Positions 39,291 to 53,568 of a stretch of 64,000 bases of DNA are shown here, in pieces. Under the pieces are notes generated by a model. It was given only the letters and a program-made list of their open reading frames with translations. It was not told where the DNA came from and did no database searches. Each line of letters begins with the position of its first letter. Positions within the stretch are counted from its first letter, which is position 1. Location: contig NC_042998.1 in NCBI RefSeq assembly GCF_006345805.1, positions 17,732,001 to 17,796,000 on the forward strand. Direction: 5' to 3'. This DNA comes from Octopus sinensis. Lineage: Eukaryota. Both the position numbers and the translations under genes were made by a program.

Positions 39291-39894
39291 CGCATTTTTT
39301 ACCAGCAACTCATCTGCTCGTCGACTCACAGATTTGGGGATTTTATTGTGTCATTCACCCCCTTAGTGTGCTGTTATATTACTGTTAGTGTTTTTGTTGT
39401 TATTATTATTGTTGCTATCTTTTAGTGAGAAACAGGCAGTAGTGTCATTGGTTGCTGTTGTTGTTGTTGTTGTTGCTATTGCTCCTTTTTCTGTCGACCC
39501 CGCTGATATTGGGTTTTAGACTTTGTAACTTGAACATGGGTAAATTTTGTTCATTGATCAACGAATTTATTCTGACCTCCATTCAAAATGACTTCGCATT
39601 TCGAAAACTAAAATCCCAAACGTTTGCTACTGTTTTTTTATTTGTTTTTTTTTTTGCTGTTTTTTTTGTTTTGTTTTTATTTTTGCTTTAATGTGCTTAG
39701 AAACACGTCAGATAACAGACCTGCAGGGATCTTCGTCTAATTTCCCGATTGATAATAATAGGTATTAACAAAGAAATTGCAACTACATATATCGATACAC
39801 GAACAATTTTGAAGAGGACAAGCGAGTACGTGTTATTGATATCATGAATAACAACAATAGCTGCATTAATGGTTTCAAAGTTTTGCACGAAATT

Positions 39895-40030
39895 AGCAAT
39901 TTAGCGGGAGTGGGAATATATCGATTACATTAACTTCAGTGGTCAACAGGTGCTTATTTTATTAACTCCAAAATGATGAAAGAAAAAGTCGAGCTCGGTG
40001 GAATTTGAATTCATAGCGTAGAAATATCCG
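39895..40030 (-). mobile_element. SINE fragment
   Basis: ggaatttgaattc and aaagtcgagctcgg on the reverse strand. Confidence 0.6.
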
Positions 40031-40075
40031 TAATAATAATGATAATAATAATAATAATAAATAATAATAATAATA

Positions 40076-40107
<32 letters not shown>

Positions 40108-40169
40108 GTAATAATAGTAATAATAATAGTAACAATAATAATAATAATAATAATAATAATAGTAATAAA

Positions 40170-40218
<49 letters not shown>

Positions 40219-40360
40219 TAATAATAATAAATAATAGTAATAGAAATAATAATAATAACAATAATATAATAATAATAATAATAATAATAAATAATAAATA
40301 ATAATAATAATAATAATAATAGAAATAATAATAATAATAATAATAGAAATAATAATAATG

Positions 40361-40391
<31 letters not shown>

Positions 40392-40432
40392 TAATAATAA
40401 TAATAACAACAACAACAGTAATAATAATAGTG
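40031..40432. repeat. Long imperfect (AAT)n microsatellite
   Basis: Direct reading. Confidence 0.97.
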
Positions 40433-40624
40433 GCAAGAAAATGCATTATTGTTGTTGAAATTAACACCAATCAAATGCTATAACCGATTCGATGGACTAG
40501 AGTATGTAGCAAAATATACAGACCTGTGCTATTGCCAGCATTCTATGTTCTTATTAGGTTCATGTGAATTCTCATTCTGGCTGTACAATATCTGTATATA
40601 TAAAAGGCAGGATATGTGTGTGTG

Positions 40625-40665
<41 letters not shown>

Positions 40666-41562
40666 AATTTATGCACGTCAACAGATTAGCACGCATGTCG
40701 CTCCAATTTTAGGAGGACATTCGTCATGATCCTAGCTGTATTTTCGCCAAATTATTTTTCCCAGAGGCACCAGCGAATAGCATTAAAAATATGTTTTCGA
40801 CCAAAACTTTTAACAATTTTCAAGTCGGAGAAATCGCCATTGTTTGCAAAAAGGAGTTAAGTCCCCTTCTAGTGACAAGCAAGATTTTGTTAAGACTTTT
40901 GTTGCTTTTTTCCATCGAGGACAAAGCGTTCTCTTGATATACGGGCAACACACGCACATACACACACACACACACACACACTCACGTACTTGTTTGCGTA
41001 CAAAAACATGTATGCAATAGGTGTACGTACGTACGTGTGTGTATGTGTGTGTGTGTTGACCATATATAAATATACATATACATACATACATAAATATAAT
41101 TAAGGGTTTAGCAACAAGTTGCTCCACCACATATCGAAAATTTAGAAATAGCAGCCAAAGGACCGTTAATTCTTTTCACTACAAATACGACTCCACAGAC
41201 AACAATATTTATAACTCACATAGGTAAAAAGAAGAAATAACAAAATCAAACAGTTTTCGATTAATTATGAACGCGTTTCTGGATTAGGATTATAAAAATT
41301 CATTTCCTTTATCAACATATTTCGAGAATTATACATTTGAAAATGCTAGAAAAACCTACCCTTTGCATCTTCGACAAAGCGCGAAGTGACACAAGGTAGT
41401 CAGCATATCCAAACTTACATAGACGAGTGAATTCATATTTCCCTCCAAGTTTACCATGTCCGTCACAAAATAGTACCGCAGAAAGAAAACCGCAGTTTGT
41501 TATCAGGGAGTAAATTAATCATTACAGATACAGGTAATTATATATCTCTAATGAGTACATAC

Positions 41563-41633
<71 letters not shown>

Positions 41634-41666
41634 AATATAATTATATTTATGTATGTATGTATGTAT

Positions 41667-41812
41667 GTAAACGGAGAAAACACATAAATGTGAAACAAGG
41701 TGGAAAAAAGAGCACTCAAATACCAGTGGTAGAGTAATATGCTTTATTTAAAGCAGCAGAAAATTCAACAAAACATTCAACAAAACCTGTTACTCTGCTG
41801 CTTTAAATAAAG
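41667..41812. mobile_element. Short element remnant with a 19-bp terminal inversion next to (TA)n
   Basis: ctttatttaaagcagcaga (41742-41760) is inverted at 41794-41812. Confidence 0.45.
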
Positions 41813-42167
41813 TATATATATATATATATAAACTAATTTCAATGTGTTTCGCCCAAATTTGACGTCGATGTTACTTAGTTTGGTTTGAAATAAAGAACTT
41901 GATTAGTTTAATAATCTTAACTTCATCCCGAGCAAAGCCGGGTTATACTGTTAGTATTTTTTTTTCGTTCGATGTAAATAAAAGTATAGCAGCAATAACC
42001 GACCCGACTACCCTGTTATTAACAAATATCATCACTGAAACGATGCGAACTCAGAATGTGAACACTAGTAAAAGTTACATGAATCTATCTATACTGTGTA
42101 TGTTTTGATTTTCCCCACTGATTTGGAAGTCTAATTCTCTCTATCTCTCACACACACACTCTGTCTA

Positions 42168-42260
<93 letters not shown>

Positions 42261-42498
42261 AGCTCTATCTTTCTGTCGCTCGTTATAGATATTTGAGCAC
42301 GTCTGATTCACACACACACAAACACACATACACACATATGATACCTACACACTTACACACACACCAATCGCACATATATACATACACATAGATACACAAG
42401 CATTAGGCATATATGTATCTATATATATGTATCTATATATATATATACATCCATGTGAATATATATATATATAAATAGATAGATAGGTAGATAGATAA

Positions 42499-42529
<31 letters not shown>

Positions 42530-42646
42530 TTTATATACGTATACATGTATAAGTATTTGTGTGTCTGTATATATAATATATATATTATATATAATATATA
42601 TGTCTATGTATGTATATACTATACTCATATCTATCAATATATGAGC

Positions 42647-42703
<57 letters not shown>

Positions 42704-42766
42704 CATATCATATCATATATGTAATATCTCATTATTGTAATATTTTTATATGTATTTATGTATGTA

Positions 42767-43048
42767 TGCATGCATGTATGTATGTACGTGCGTACGTACG
42801 CGTGTACGTAAGTATGTATGTATGTATGTATGTATGTTCGTATGTATGTATGTTCGTATGTATGTATGTATGTATGTATGTATGTATGTATGTATGTATG
42901 TGTGTATGTATGTATGTATGTATGTATGTACGTAAGTACGTAAGTATGTATGTATGTATGTATGTTCGGATGTATGTATTTCGTATGTATGTATGTATGT
43001 AGTATGTAGGTATGTATGTATGTATGTATGTATGTATGTATGTGTGTG

Positions 43049-43080
<32 letters not shown>

Positions 43081-43605
43081 TGTATGTGTATGTATGTAGC
43101 ATGCATGTATGTATGTATGTATGTATGTTCGTATGTACGTAAGTATGTATGTATGTATGTATGTTTGTATGTTAAGTATGTATGTATGTATGTATGTATG
43201 TGTATGTATGTATGTATGTATGTATGTACGTAGTACGTAAGTATGTATGTATGTATGTATGTTCGTATGTATGTATGTTCGTATGTATGTATGTTGTATG
43301 TATGTAATGTATGTATGTATGTATGTATGTATGTATGTATTGTGTATGTATGTATGTATGTATGTATGTATGTATGTATTATGTATGTATGTATGTATGC
43401 ATGCATGTATGTATGTATGTATGTTGTTCGTATGTACGTAAGTATGTATGTATGTATGTATGTATGTTTGTATGTACGTAAGTATGTATGTATGTATGTA
43501 TGTATGTGTATGTATGTATGTATGTATGTATGTACGTAAGTACGTAAGTATGTATGTATGTATGTGTATGTATGTATGTATGTGTGTGTGTATGTATGTA
43601 TGTGT
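42767..43605. repeat. Long degenerate (TATG)n satellite
   Basis: About 840 bp of TATG with tacgtaag/ttcg variants. Confidence 0.97.
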
Positions 43606-44299
43606 AATTCAGAAACACCAACAATATTCTTGTGTATGCGTTTGTATGTGCTGTTTATAGTTGTACGCATATATATATATTTCTCTGCGCGCACGCGTAT
43701 ACACGTTTTCAGAGTTTTTCACTCAATACTAAAATGAAAAGCAAAAGTTACAAAGACATAAATATTACTTATGCATGAGATTTCTACTTTGTGAGCTAGG
43801 ATCAGTAATTTGGAAGGTTTGGATCCCTACGGGTCGTACATGAAACATCGAAGGCGCAATTGCGTGTCGCATCTCCATCACAATCTATCCACTGAGAAAC
43901 CGAACAATAATAACATTTCTCATCATTAAGGTAAGATCAGTCCCAGTGCCGTAGTTTTCATCCACATTATTATCACGACATCCATATGAATATATTTATG
44001 ATGTCAATTGTTTATTTATTTATTTGTTTATTTATTTTGTTTCTGTTCCCTTTGCTATTGTTGTTTTGTGTTTCGTTATTGAGTTTGTGTGCGCATGCGC
44101 TTTTCAGGTGTCTTTTTTTTTCCCTTTTTCTGTGTGTGTGTGTTATTCATTTTCTTTTGTTGTTTGTTTCAGAAAATTTATATGTTGCTGTTTTCATTTA
44201 TGATTTTTGCTTCATCGCATTATCACTATCGTTACTACCATAAATATATTAATAATGAGAACGAGAAGGCGGATGAAAATGATGGTAATATTTCTTTTT

Positions 44300-44870
44300 A
44301 ATTTTATCACAACGCTTAGTAATTTGGGGAACGGAACAGGGAGCATTCAATTACATAGACCCCATGCTTTACTATCTATTTGATTGACTTGAAGCGGTTG
44401 ACATGCAAAATTGACTTTGTCGAGATTTGAACGCAAAATATAACACGTCGGAAGAAATTTTACTGAGAACTTTATTGAGTCACTAACGATTTGACCAGTT
44501 CACTGATTAAGTCATAGCGGTTTCAAATTTTGAAACAAGGCCGATTACATTGACTCCAGTGTCCAACTTGTACTTATATTTATTGAACATGAAAGGATGA
44601 AAGTTAAAATCAGCTTCTGCAGGGTTTTAAATGAAAACAGAAGGACGAAATGCATAGAGAGAGGCGTTAAGCAATTTGCCCCCCCCCCCCCGGCGGAGTA
44701 GTAACATTTCTGACAACTTGTCGCCCTTAATATAATTTTTTACTACAGGTACAAGGCCTGATATTTCAGCCAACAGGGCTAGGTGATTACATCAGTCGCA
44801 GCGCCCGACTGGTATTTATTTATCGACGGAATTTGAACTCAGAAGGTAAAGACAGACGAATAGTCACTAT
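44300..44870 (-). mobile_element. Cluster of about 3 decayed SINE copies
   Basis: Repeated attacat.gac, gaaaggatgaaa and gaatttgaactc motifs. Confidence 0.55.
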
Positions 44871-44989
44871 GTATCTAGCATTTATCCATCGGTTCCTACA
44901 CAAAAGTCATCTGTAGTAGACCAGACAATTAATTCCTGCCGACCAGCAGGATTTCTCCCGGTACTTCAAATTTATCGTCACTCTTGCCC

Positions 44990-46030
44990 GCCGCTAAACC
45001 TCTATGGAACGCCAGAGACGAAGTTCCATCGATCGCATTTTAGAAAAGTTCTCATGGTACTCTGGTTTTTCTAGCGCCTTGCTTCAATTTACACTAGATC
45101 CAGGACAGCTATCCTGTCAAAGAGACGAGTAAGGAAGAGAATCTGACAAACGGCGACCATCCCTGCTCTTAGTGAAGGAAACGCTGGAGATGTCTCGGTC
45201 TTATCACATGTTTGCGCATCATTAGTCTCGGCATGCTCAGTTATCCACTCAGCGGGTGTTGAATACTAACGGGGTGCCTAAACAGTAAAACTCATCCCTT
45301 CCATAAAAAGCGAAAGAACAGACGCTCCACCCCGATCGGAATTGAAATGGGGTAAAGCACGACAGACAGATGTTTATGAATGAAGACAGCAATGTAAGCA
45401 TTCGCTAAATCTTCCTACATTTCAAGCATAGTCTTCTCTCAGTCCATTTCTAAGTGACATTGGTCACTTGACTCGTTTCCTCTCCCCACTTCTCTGGAGG
45501 TTTAGTCCAAACTAGAGCTCGAACAATTTAACCAACCTGTACATACAGCATTCTATAAATTGTTAGACGGCATGGACTTACCTCTCCAGGTGCTGAGCTG
45601 CTCTTCCACGGACTTCTCTTCGTTCATTGTTGCTCCTCTCATCACCTCACATTTTCTTCGGAAATTCTAATTCATGCAGCATGCACCTACCAATCTCTAG
45701 TTTCTGCAGTGTTTGCTGAAAACTCGGTAAATAAAGAAGACTAAGACGGACAAACTTGACAGGCCGAGCGCATAATACTAAATGGCTTCATTAGGCGGTA
45801 TTGAGTCACACTACCGAGCAAGTACCGTTGTATATCGAGGGAATGCAACAGCGAAACGCAGGACCGAAGCCAACCACCTTGAGAACGAAAGTTTTTGTCT
45901 TGTCTAAACTTAATAGGACCTATGATGTAAAGAACGACTCCACGATGTAAGGCATGTTGTGAAGATTGTCGTGGGTTGTTCTCTCTTCTAGACAGCGCTT
46001 TTTTTCGCATCACCAGTTTGACCATAGTTG
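44990..46030 (-). mobile_element. Tx1/L1-like LINE RT/thumb relic
   Basis: Hand translation: HDNLHNMPYIVE; VERLFFRFLWKG...QHPLSG*LSMPRL. Confidence 0.6.
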
Positions 46031-47924
46031 ATTAAAGAAATACGTATTACAGACAAAGACCGAGTTAATGATTTTCATTCAATGTGTCATTCGGGATTGC
46101 AAAGTTATTGCTCTTATACGTTGTTCTTCTTGTCATACATGATCACATATTGACTTCTCCTTTTTCAAAAATATGTTCAGTTCCTGTGGATAAAACATAA
46201 TATCTGATAATTATAAAAATAAATGATGGTTGTTGCTTGATCTTCATATCACTTCTCTATCACTGCAAGTTCACAAACGTAATTAACATTCCAATGCTCT
46301 ATCTTACCGAAATATTTCTGCATACGTTTATACGTTTTTATTGTTTGTGTTTTTCTTATTTTTGTTATTGTTTATTTTTTACTTGAATGCTGCACTCGTT
46401 TCGATCCCTTTTTAACACATTCTGCGTTTCGACCCCCTTTTAATACATTCTGCTTTTCTTGATGAGTGAATTTTATCAAATATTTTCTTTAAAAAAATTT
46501 GTTGGACTACAATTAGCCATTGAGTTCTTGTTTGAAGTTTTATGTATCAGCCCAAAGCATCATTTTTACTTCAACATACCGAGTTTTTTTGCGTGAATTA
46601 ACCATGTGTACAACCTTTCCTGCTTCTTAGTTTCGGATTTCAAACAATCTTTGAAGAAAGTTTTGGTTTCTAATTGCAAAGTTATTTCCATATTGCGGAG
46701 AATTTAACTCACACTATATAGCATTGTCGTGGCTCAATAGCAAAATTATCTAGCCTTCAGAAGACTCGATTCAGGTGTGGGGGGGGGGGTCTGCCATAAT
46801 ATCATAAAAACAACCTGTACTCAAGAATATTGCCATTAGGATGTGTTAGAAATAGTTATTTTTATAAATGTTTTAATTGAGAAAAGCAACCGAATAAAGA
46901 GATTAACCATGTACTGGGCTTAGTTATACCTGTCTGCATTCACATATATCCACTCTTACAACAATGGGTCACATCAAGCCAATGAAGTATCAACATTACC
47001 TGTGTCAACTTTTAGAGATATTACAAGTATCTTTCTCAAATCACAAAATTTATATTACATTCATTTTAACTAAAGCTTTAGTTTTCTTTAACCCCCCCCC
47101 ATGCTCTACTCGAATATACCAATCTTCAAAACATTCCCAGCCGTGAACATGTCGGAAACTTTGGTTAATATTCCCATCTGAACAAATGATGACATATGTT
47201 TGCGCTCCCGTTATTAGTTTTCCTATGTTGGGAAAAGAGAACTGAAATTGATAAAAACCACCTGCTTATTCGTATTAGCAATTTTGCTTTGAAATATCAT
47301 AATTTACTTCTCTTGATAATTGCCAGCTACATCCCCTAAGTTCGAAGCGATTATTATTCCCAGCATGTAAAAGTATTTTTGTACAGCAAGGACAAACTGC
47401 TGGCAAATTAGAAACAAGACATAACTTCCACACTCCAGATGAAGCCATGTCGATTAACTTACGCTGTATGATCTTAAATCAGGTTTGTACGTATCAGGTG
47501 ATGCCGAGTAAGAAAATATACATTTATTTCTTGTCTCTGAGAGATATGTGAAACTTTATTTTATTGTTTCATGTAGAGAATAAGACCGTATGTTCAATGT
47601 CGACTTCTACACACACTTCGAATTGATTCACTAACTCCAGATACAGTGCACTGAAATCTTTCTCAATATTAGCAGAGTGGTTATTACACAATACTCTCTT
47701 TTCTCTTTTCTTTCTTTCACACTTACAGGCATACATACATGCACAAAATACGCACACACATACGCAACCACATATACTTATAAAGATCAAGTAGAATAGA
47801 GAGAAATGGTTGAATAGATTGATATATATATAATGCATATATGTATAGAAATATATACACACATACATGTTTATATATATTTATATATGTATATATATTT
47901 ATATATGTATATATATATATATAT

Positions 47925-47955
<31 letters not shown>

Positions 47956-48045
47956 CGCAATCCCACCCCTCTGTATGTCTATATATATATATTATATATA
48001 TATATATATAATATATATATATATACGCAATCCCACCCCTCTGTA

Positions 48046-48111
<66 letters not shown>

Positions 48112-48238
48112 CACAAGTGATAGGCGGGCCTGCATATCTGTGTGTAAAATCTAATGACATATTTACATTGGTAAATAGAGAGGCATACGCAAGGAAACAT
48201 AGATTCATACACTCTATGTTGGACAGACCGACAGACAG

Positions 48239-48358
<120 letters not shown>

Positions 48359-48884
48359 GTATTCAATTAGTTATTATATCAATGTTAATCTTAGCTTTTA
48401 GAAATACAAAATATTTCATTATACTAGGCTGAGTAACCAAAGTCTGCTAATAAAGTCAATGCCAATTACTAATTAGTCACAATCGTTTATAAAACTGCAA
48501 TGGTGACTGTTTAATACTGGAAAAGCAGCATTTCAAACGAGAGCATTTGGAGAGCTATGAAGCCTCGGTGTTGAGAAGTATTCTTTTCAAAATTTTCTCC
48601 AATAGAAGAGACATTTTCATTCACATATATAGCATCAGAGCAAATGGTGCATGTGCACCAATAATTGCTTATGATAACACATGAGAAAGAAATATTGATA
48701 TTTTCACGGATTTGACTTTTTCGTTTTTACATTTGGAGAAAGATTTTTGTCCTTTTCCTATGTTTTCAAAGATTGGGTAAAAATTATTTCTTGATTAAGA
48801 GATGTTCGTTTGTTTAACACAGAGGCCCTCAATTACGTCTCCCTAGTGTATATGATTTAATCAAGCTATAAACTATATGAATTG

Positions 48885-49020
48885 CTCCAGTCCACTCAGC
48901 TGGCAAAAATGAGTAACGCTGCGATGGACTGGCGTCTCGTCCAGCTGGGGAACACATACGCCATTGAAACCGAGAAACCGGGCCCATGAGCCTGGCTAGG
49001 CTTTAAAATGGGCGCATTTA
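48885..49020 (+). mobile_element. SINE core/3' fragment
   Basis: ttgctccagtccactcagctggcaaaaatgagt core shared with the 6324 SINE. Confidence 0.6.
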
Positions 49021-49072
49021 TTTTATTTATTATATATTTTATGTATTATCAAATCATAACTCAATATATTGG

Positions 49073-49290
49073 GTGGCGACATGGCAGAATCGTTTGAACA
49101 CCGGGTAAAATGCTTTGCAGTATTTCGTCCGACTCTACGTTCTGAGTTCAAATTCCGCCCAGGTCGACATTGCCTTTAATCCTTTCCGTGTTGATAAAAT
49201 AAGTAACAGCTGTGTACTAAGGACGATGTTATCGACTTACCCCTCCACCGAAATTGGTGGCCTGTTTCCGAAATTTGAAATCAGTATATT
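49073..49290 (+). mobile_element. tRNA-derived SINE
   Basis: ggcgacatggcagaatcg...gagttcaaattccg. Confidence 0.8.
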
Positions 49291-49493
49291 AAATCAGCTA
49301 ATGACTTAGACATTTCACTATATATAAATATATAAAATCATTTTTCGGGGTCTTATACTACACTGATTTTGATAAAAAGATAAGATACAGTATCACTAAT
49401 ATGAAGAACTGATTTAAATTAAGAGGAAACGAATTTAACATCTATCTAATATATATATATATATATATATTTGTATGTGTATATATATTTCTC

Positions 49494-49546
<53 letters not shown>

Positions 49547-49616
49547 CACACATACATACATACAATCATATATATATATATATATATACACATATATATG
49601 TGTGTGTGTATGTATG

Positions 49617-49715
<99 letters not shown>

Positions 49716-50482
49716 ATATACACGGATATACTTCCATTATCATGGTTAGTATTTCAGAAACTGGTGGTGTTATTCGTGTATTTTCAATTATGTGTATCTT
49801 CCGACATTTAGCCATTAATCGTGTCATATTGCATGAAGCAATGAGGCAATTGCTAAAACTGCTAGGGCCGTTTTAAATATCTGTAGTAGGGCATCAGTCA
49901 AATGTTTCTGTCATCTTTGGGCATTGCAATATATTAATGAAATGCACTTTTCCCGTGTACTTTAACGAAATGTGCTCTTTTAGATGAAATTGATTTATAG
50001 GTTTCTCGGTTAAGATATTTGCATAGGACAGATAATGCTGTCGATGATTTCGTGTAAGCAAAATCTATATTTCAAATAGCTTTTCTTATATCATATCGAT
50101 CGATTTTGTTTTTCATTAAAATATCTGAAGCCACTGCATAATGATTACAGTCTTCACGGTTTTCACAAATAAATAACTATTTGAAGTTAATTACCGTAAT
50201 AAATTACACTGAAATATAATTGTGTACTTTAAAAAGTCCTATGGTTTAAACTGTAGATCTGACATATCGAAAGACTAACTGGAATTATATATAACTTTAC
50301 ATGAAAAATATATTGTTTTTCTGTTTTATTCTGCATATTCCAGACGATAAATGCAATGTATTGGGTACGGGCAATATACAATAACACAGATGCTTGAAAA
50401 ATGCTGCCATTTCTGAAATAAAGAATTAATTGAAAGCAAAATGACCACATAATAAGGATATTTTGAAAAACATTTATTTTAT

Positions 50483-50821
50483 CAATGTAAAGTATAGAAG
50501 CCATCTTAACATGGCTAACCATATAGGGGAGGGGGTGTTACTGTAGCTTTATAGCTTGAAGTATTTGCAAGGCGGCCTTCCCTTTCGTCGCGACCTGGTG
50601 GTTACCGCCCGTTGACAAGGGACAAAAATCCCGAAACTAGTCCGAGCGTATCACTCAGGCTTGCGAGGAAGGGATGGCCTCCCTTTGCAAATACTTCAAG
50701 GGCACTGAAATGGTGTCTAAAGCCAGCTGGAGACGACGATCTCTTGGGGCTATAAAGCTACAGTAACACCCCCTCCCCTATGTGGTTAGCCATGTTAAGA
50801 TGGCTTCTATACTTTACATTG
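50483..50821. mobile_element. Nested inverted-repeat element with a central hammerhead relic
   Basis: Outer arms 50483-50555 / 50749-50821 (73 bp, 1 mismatch); inner imperfect arms 50555-50597 / 50657-50700. Confidence 0.8.
50606..50648 (+). ncRNA. Minimal type I hammerhead relic
   Basis: CGCCCG TTGACAA GGGA caaaaa TCCC GAAA C TA G TC CGAGCG; core differs from CTGACGA at two positions. Confidence 0.6.
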
Positions 50822-51558
50822 TCGAGCGATTACTGTTTCAATCTCATTCTAAGATTTAATAATATTTATTTTATCGTATACATACATTTTATCATATACA
50901 TACATTTTACTGGAAATTGTCATTGTACAAGCTGAGATATTGTTATAAGAAAGTGTGGCTTAGAATGAAATCGTTCCAGTCACTTTTCAATTAAGTGTTT
51001 TATTGTAATAGTCCACATATAACAAAATATATTGCAAATGGTGCTTCCCAGTTTTTAGCGAACTTATATCATATGCTACCTGAAGCGGAACAATTTTCGT
51101 GCAAAGCAGAATAAAATTTAAATTGTTTCAGATCACTAGTGTTATAGGATGACAAATCGCTAAAGTTTTTATTTTTGTTTTCTTTGTTGTGTAATTTTTG
51201 TTTTTTTTTCTTTTTTTTTAATATCAATGTTTATGTGAAATATATTTACAATGCAGTACAAAATGTTCTGTTCGGTGAAAAAAAAACATAAACTATATTT
51301 ATTCTTTACCATCACCCAACATAGTACATGATGGAAAATTATTGTAGTACAGTAACCCAATTTTTGTCGGAGAATAGAAATGAAATGGAAATTGCTCACC
51401 TTTGAGATTTACGACTTCTTTTATCAAATTTGGAATTAAATATTACAAAATTTGTTGTTGGTCATGAAAAACAATAATCTCATTAATACACAATGTCTGC
51501 TCACTTAATTATTCATCTTAGAAATTTACATTAATAAACATTACTTCTTTATATTTTG

Positions 51559-51588
51559 ATAATAATAATGATAATAATAATAATAATG

Positions 51589-51642
<54 letters not shown>

Positions 51643-51847
51643 GTAATAATAATAATAATAATAATAATGATGATGATGATGATAATAAAAAAAAAATAAT
51701 AATAATAATAGTAATAATGATAATAGCAATAATAATAATAATAAAGATGAAAAAGAAGAAGAAAAAGATGAAAAAGAAGAAGAAGAAAAAGAAGAAAAAG
51801 AAGAAGAAAAAGAAGAAGGAGAAGAAGAAGAAGAAGAAGAAGAAGAG

Positions 51848-51880
<33 letters not shown>

Positions 51881-51906
51881 AAGATGACGACGACGACGAC
51901 GACGAC

Positions 51907-51942
<36 letters not shown>

Positions 51943-52003
51943 ATGATGATGATGATGAAGAAGAAGAAGAAGAAGAAGAAGAAGAAGAAGAAGAAGAAGA
52001 AGA
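51559..52003. repeat. Compound trinucleotide microsatellite AAT-GAT-AAT-GAA-GAC-GAT-GAA
   Basis: Direct reading. Confidence 0.97.
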
Positions 52004-52099
52004 TTTTTTATTCACCACTGGTGGTTTATATAAAATATTGGGAACGGTACAGGACAAGACAACACAAAAAGAATGAGATTTAAACGCGGAAAAAGGTAA

Positions 52100-52980
52100 T
52101 AATAATAAGAATTATAATAAATAAATCCGCAATAGTGGGAGAATCCCGATGGCTGTTCTTGGAAACCCCACAAAAATCAGGATTGCCCTGACTCCTAGGG
52201 CAAGAGCCCTCTCCGATTCATCTACCTTCGAATAAGAGGCGCATGCGTAGAGTAAGACCGTTCACTCCGGCCATTCGCGCTATATGCACACAGCTTTTAA
52301 AACAAAATTGCTGGAAGGTAGCACTTCCCGCTCTACTCTCACTTTCCTGTTCAAGTTGATGAGGGCTTAGCCAAAGAGGAAAGTGCTTGTATTCAGCTCT
52401 TTCAGCCTGGTCCACCACAAAACCTCTTTCGCTAAAGCCACCAGACAAAGAAACACTGCTTGCTCTCCCCTACCAAAGGAAGGAGGTGTGCGATCTTCAC
52501 GATAGACTCAGCTGATAGCCAGATCCGTCCAGCACACGACAGCAGGTGTTCCACGTAAACCCACAAGTTAGCAATGCTGCGGCGCGGGACGAGGGCATAT
52601 AAAACAATTTCGCCCCTCTGTGCGTACCTCAGAGAAGCCAGGTTAACGGTACTTCCATGCCTGTAGAGTTTCTTCCGGACCAGCAATGACACTCCACCAC
52701 ACACTCCTGGATAGCACTACTAGGCCAGGGGTTTCTGGAAGTTATCCATGGTCCCCGGCTCGAAGGTTCTTCGGAATAAATCAGCTAACTCATTCTCATC
52801 GACGCCCAGTGTTCCCAAGAACGTCGTCGTACTTGCCCACAACTAACTTATAGATTGCCTGAGTGGAACTTCCACCACCGCCTTTCCTGACTGACAGAGA
52901 ACTGTGGGCGGTTGACGAAACTCTAGGTTTCAGATACTTTGCCTCGGTTTCCGTTTGATCAGGTACTACAGAGCAGACAA
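52100..52980 (-). mobile_element. Tx1/L1-like LINE ORF2 C-terminal fragment
   Basis: IANLWVYVEHLL...AESIVKI and TQAIYKLVVGKYDDVLG; decayed C-terminal zinc-knuckle region. Confidence 0.6.
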
Positions 52981-52984
52981 AGAG

Positions 52985-53522
52985 ACGTGTCCATTGGATA
53001 CTTTGCAACAAGTTAAGACTTGACAGAGCAAAATATTGGTACGACCACAAACCTGAAGGCATCGTCGAAAATAGAAATGCAAAGATCCTATGGGATCTTA
53101 TGATTCAATGCGACCATGAGATAGAGAATAGGTATAGTTTAATTGAGAAAGAAAACAGACTATGCTGGATCATAGATATAGCATGCCCAGGTGATAACAA
53201 GGTATGCAATAAGGAAGAGAGAAAGTTGAGAGACATAACAGGTTAGCTTGGGAAGTTAAGCAGTTGTGGTCGATGAAAATGTTAGCAGTGGAACCAATAT
53301 TTGTCGGAGCCCTGGAAACAGTGAGCAAAAGTCTCGAGAAGTACGTGGAACAAATAGGGGCTGCAATAATGGTGGAGTACTTGCAGAAAACAGCGCTGCT
53401 TGGAACCGCTCGAATACTCGGAAGGTGCACGAAAAGTAAGGGGTGTTACATTATTTCACTGGTAGTGAACAGCTGACACTGTAGTACATCTCCAGCGTTA
53501 GAAGCTGTGCATCGTCAATAAT

Positions 53523-53566
<44 letters not shown>
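52985..53566 (+). mobile_element. R4/Dong LINE 3' end (restriction-like endonuclease) with (AAT)n tail
   Basis: HWILC..WYDHKPEG..KILWD..IQCD..IIDIACPGD..LQKTALLGTARIL. Confidence 0.88.

Positions 53567-53568
<2 letters not shown>

Noticed and set aside
39943-40474. Long poly-Y/L/I ORFs
   Set aside because: Translations of the (AAT)n tract
47555-47600. Strong acceptor followed 11 nt later by GTATGT (micro-exon)
   Set aside because: Cannot be separated from chance without RNA data
51518-52057. Poly-S/H/R/L/F ORF
   Set aside because: Translation of the compound trinucleotide tract
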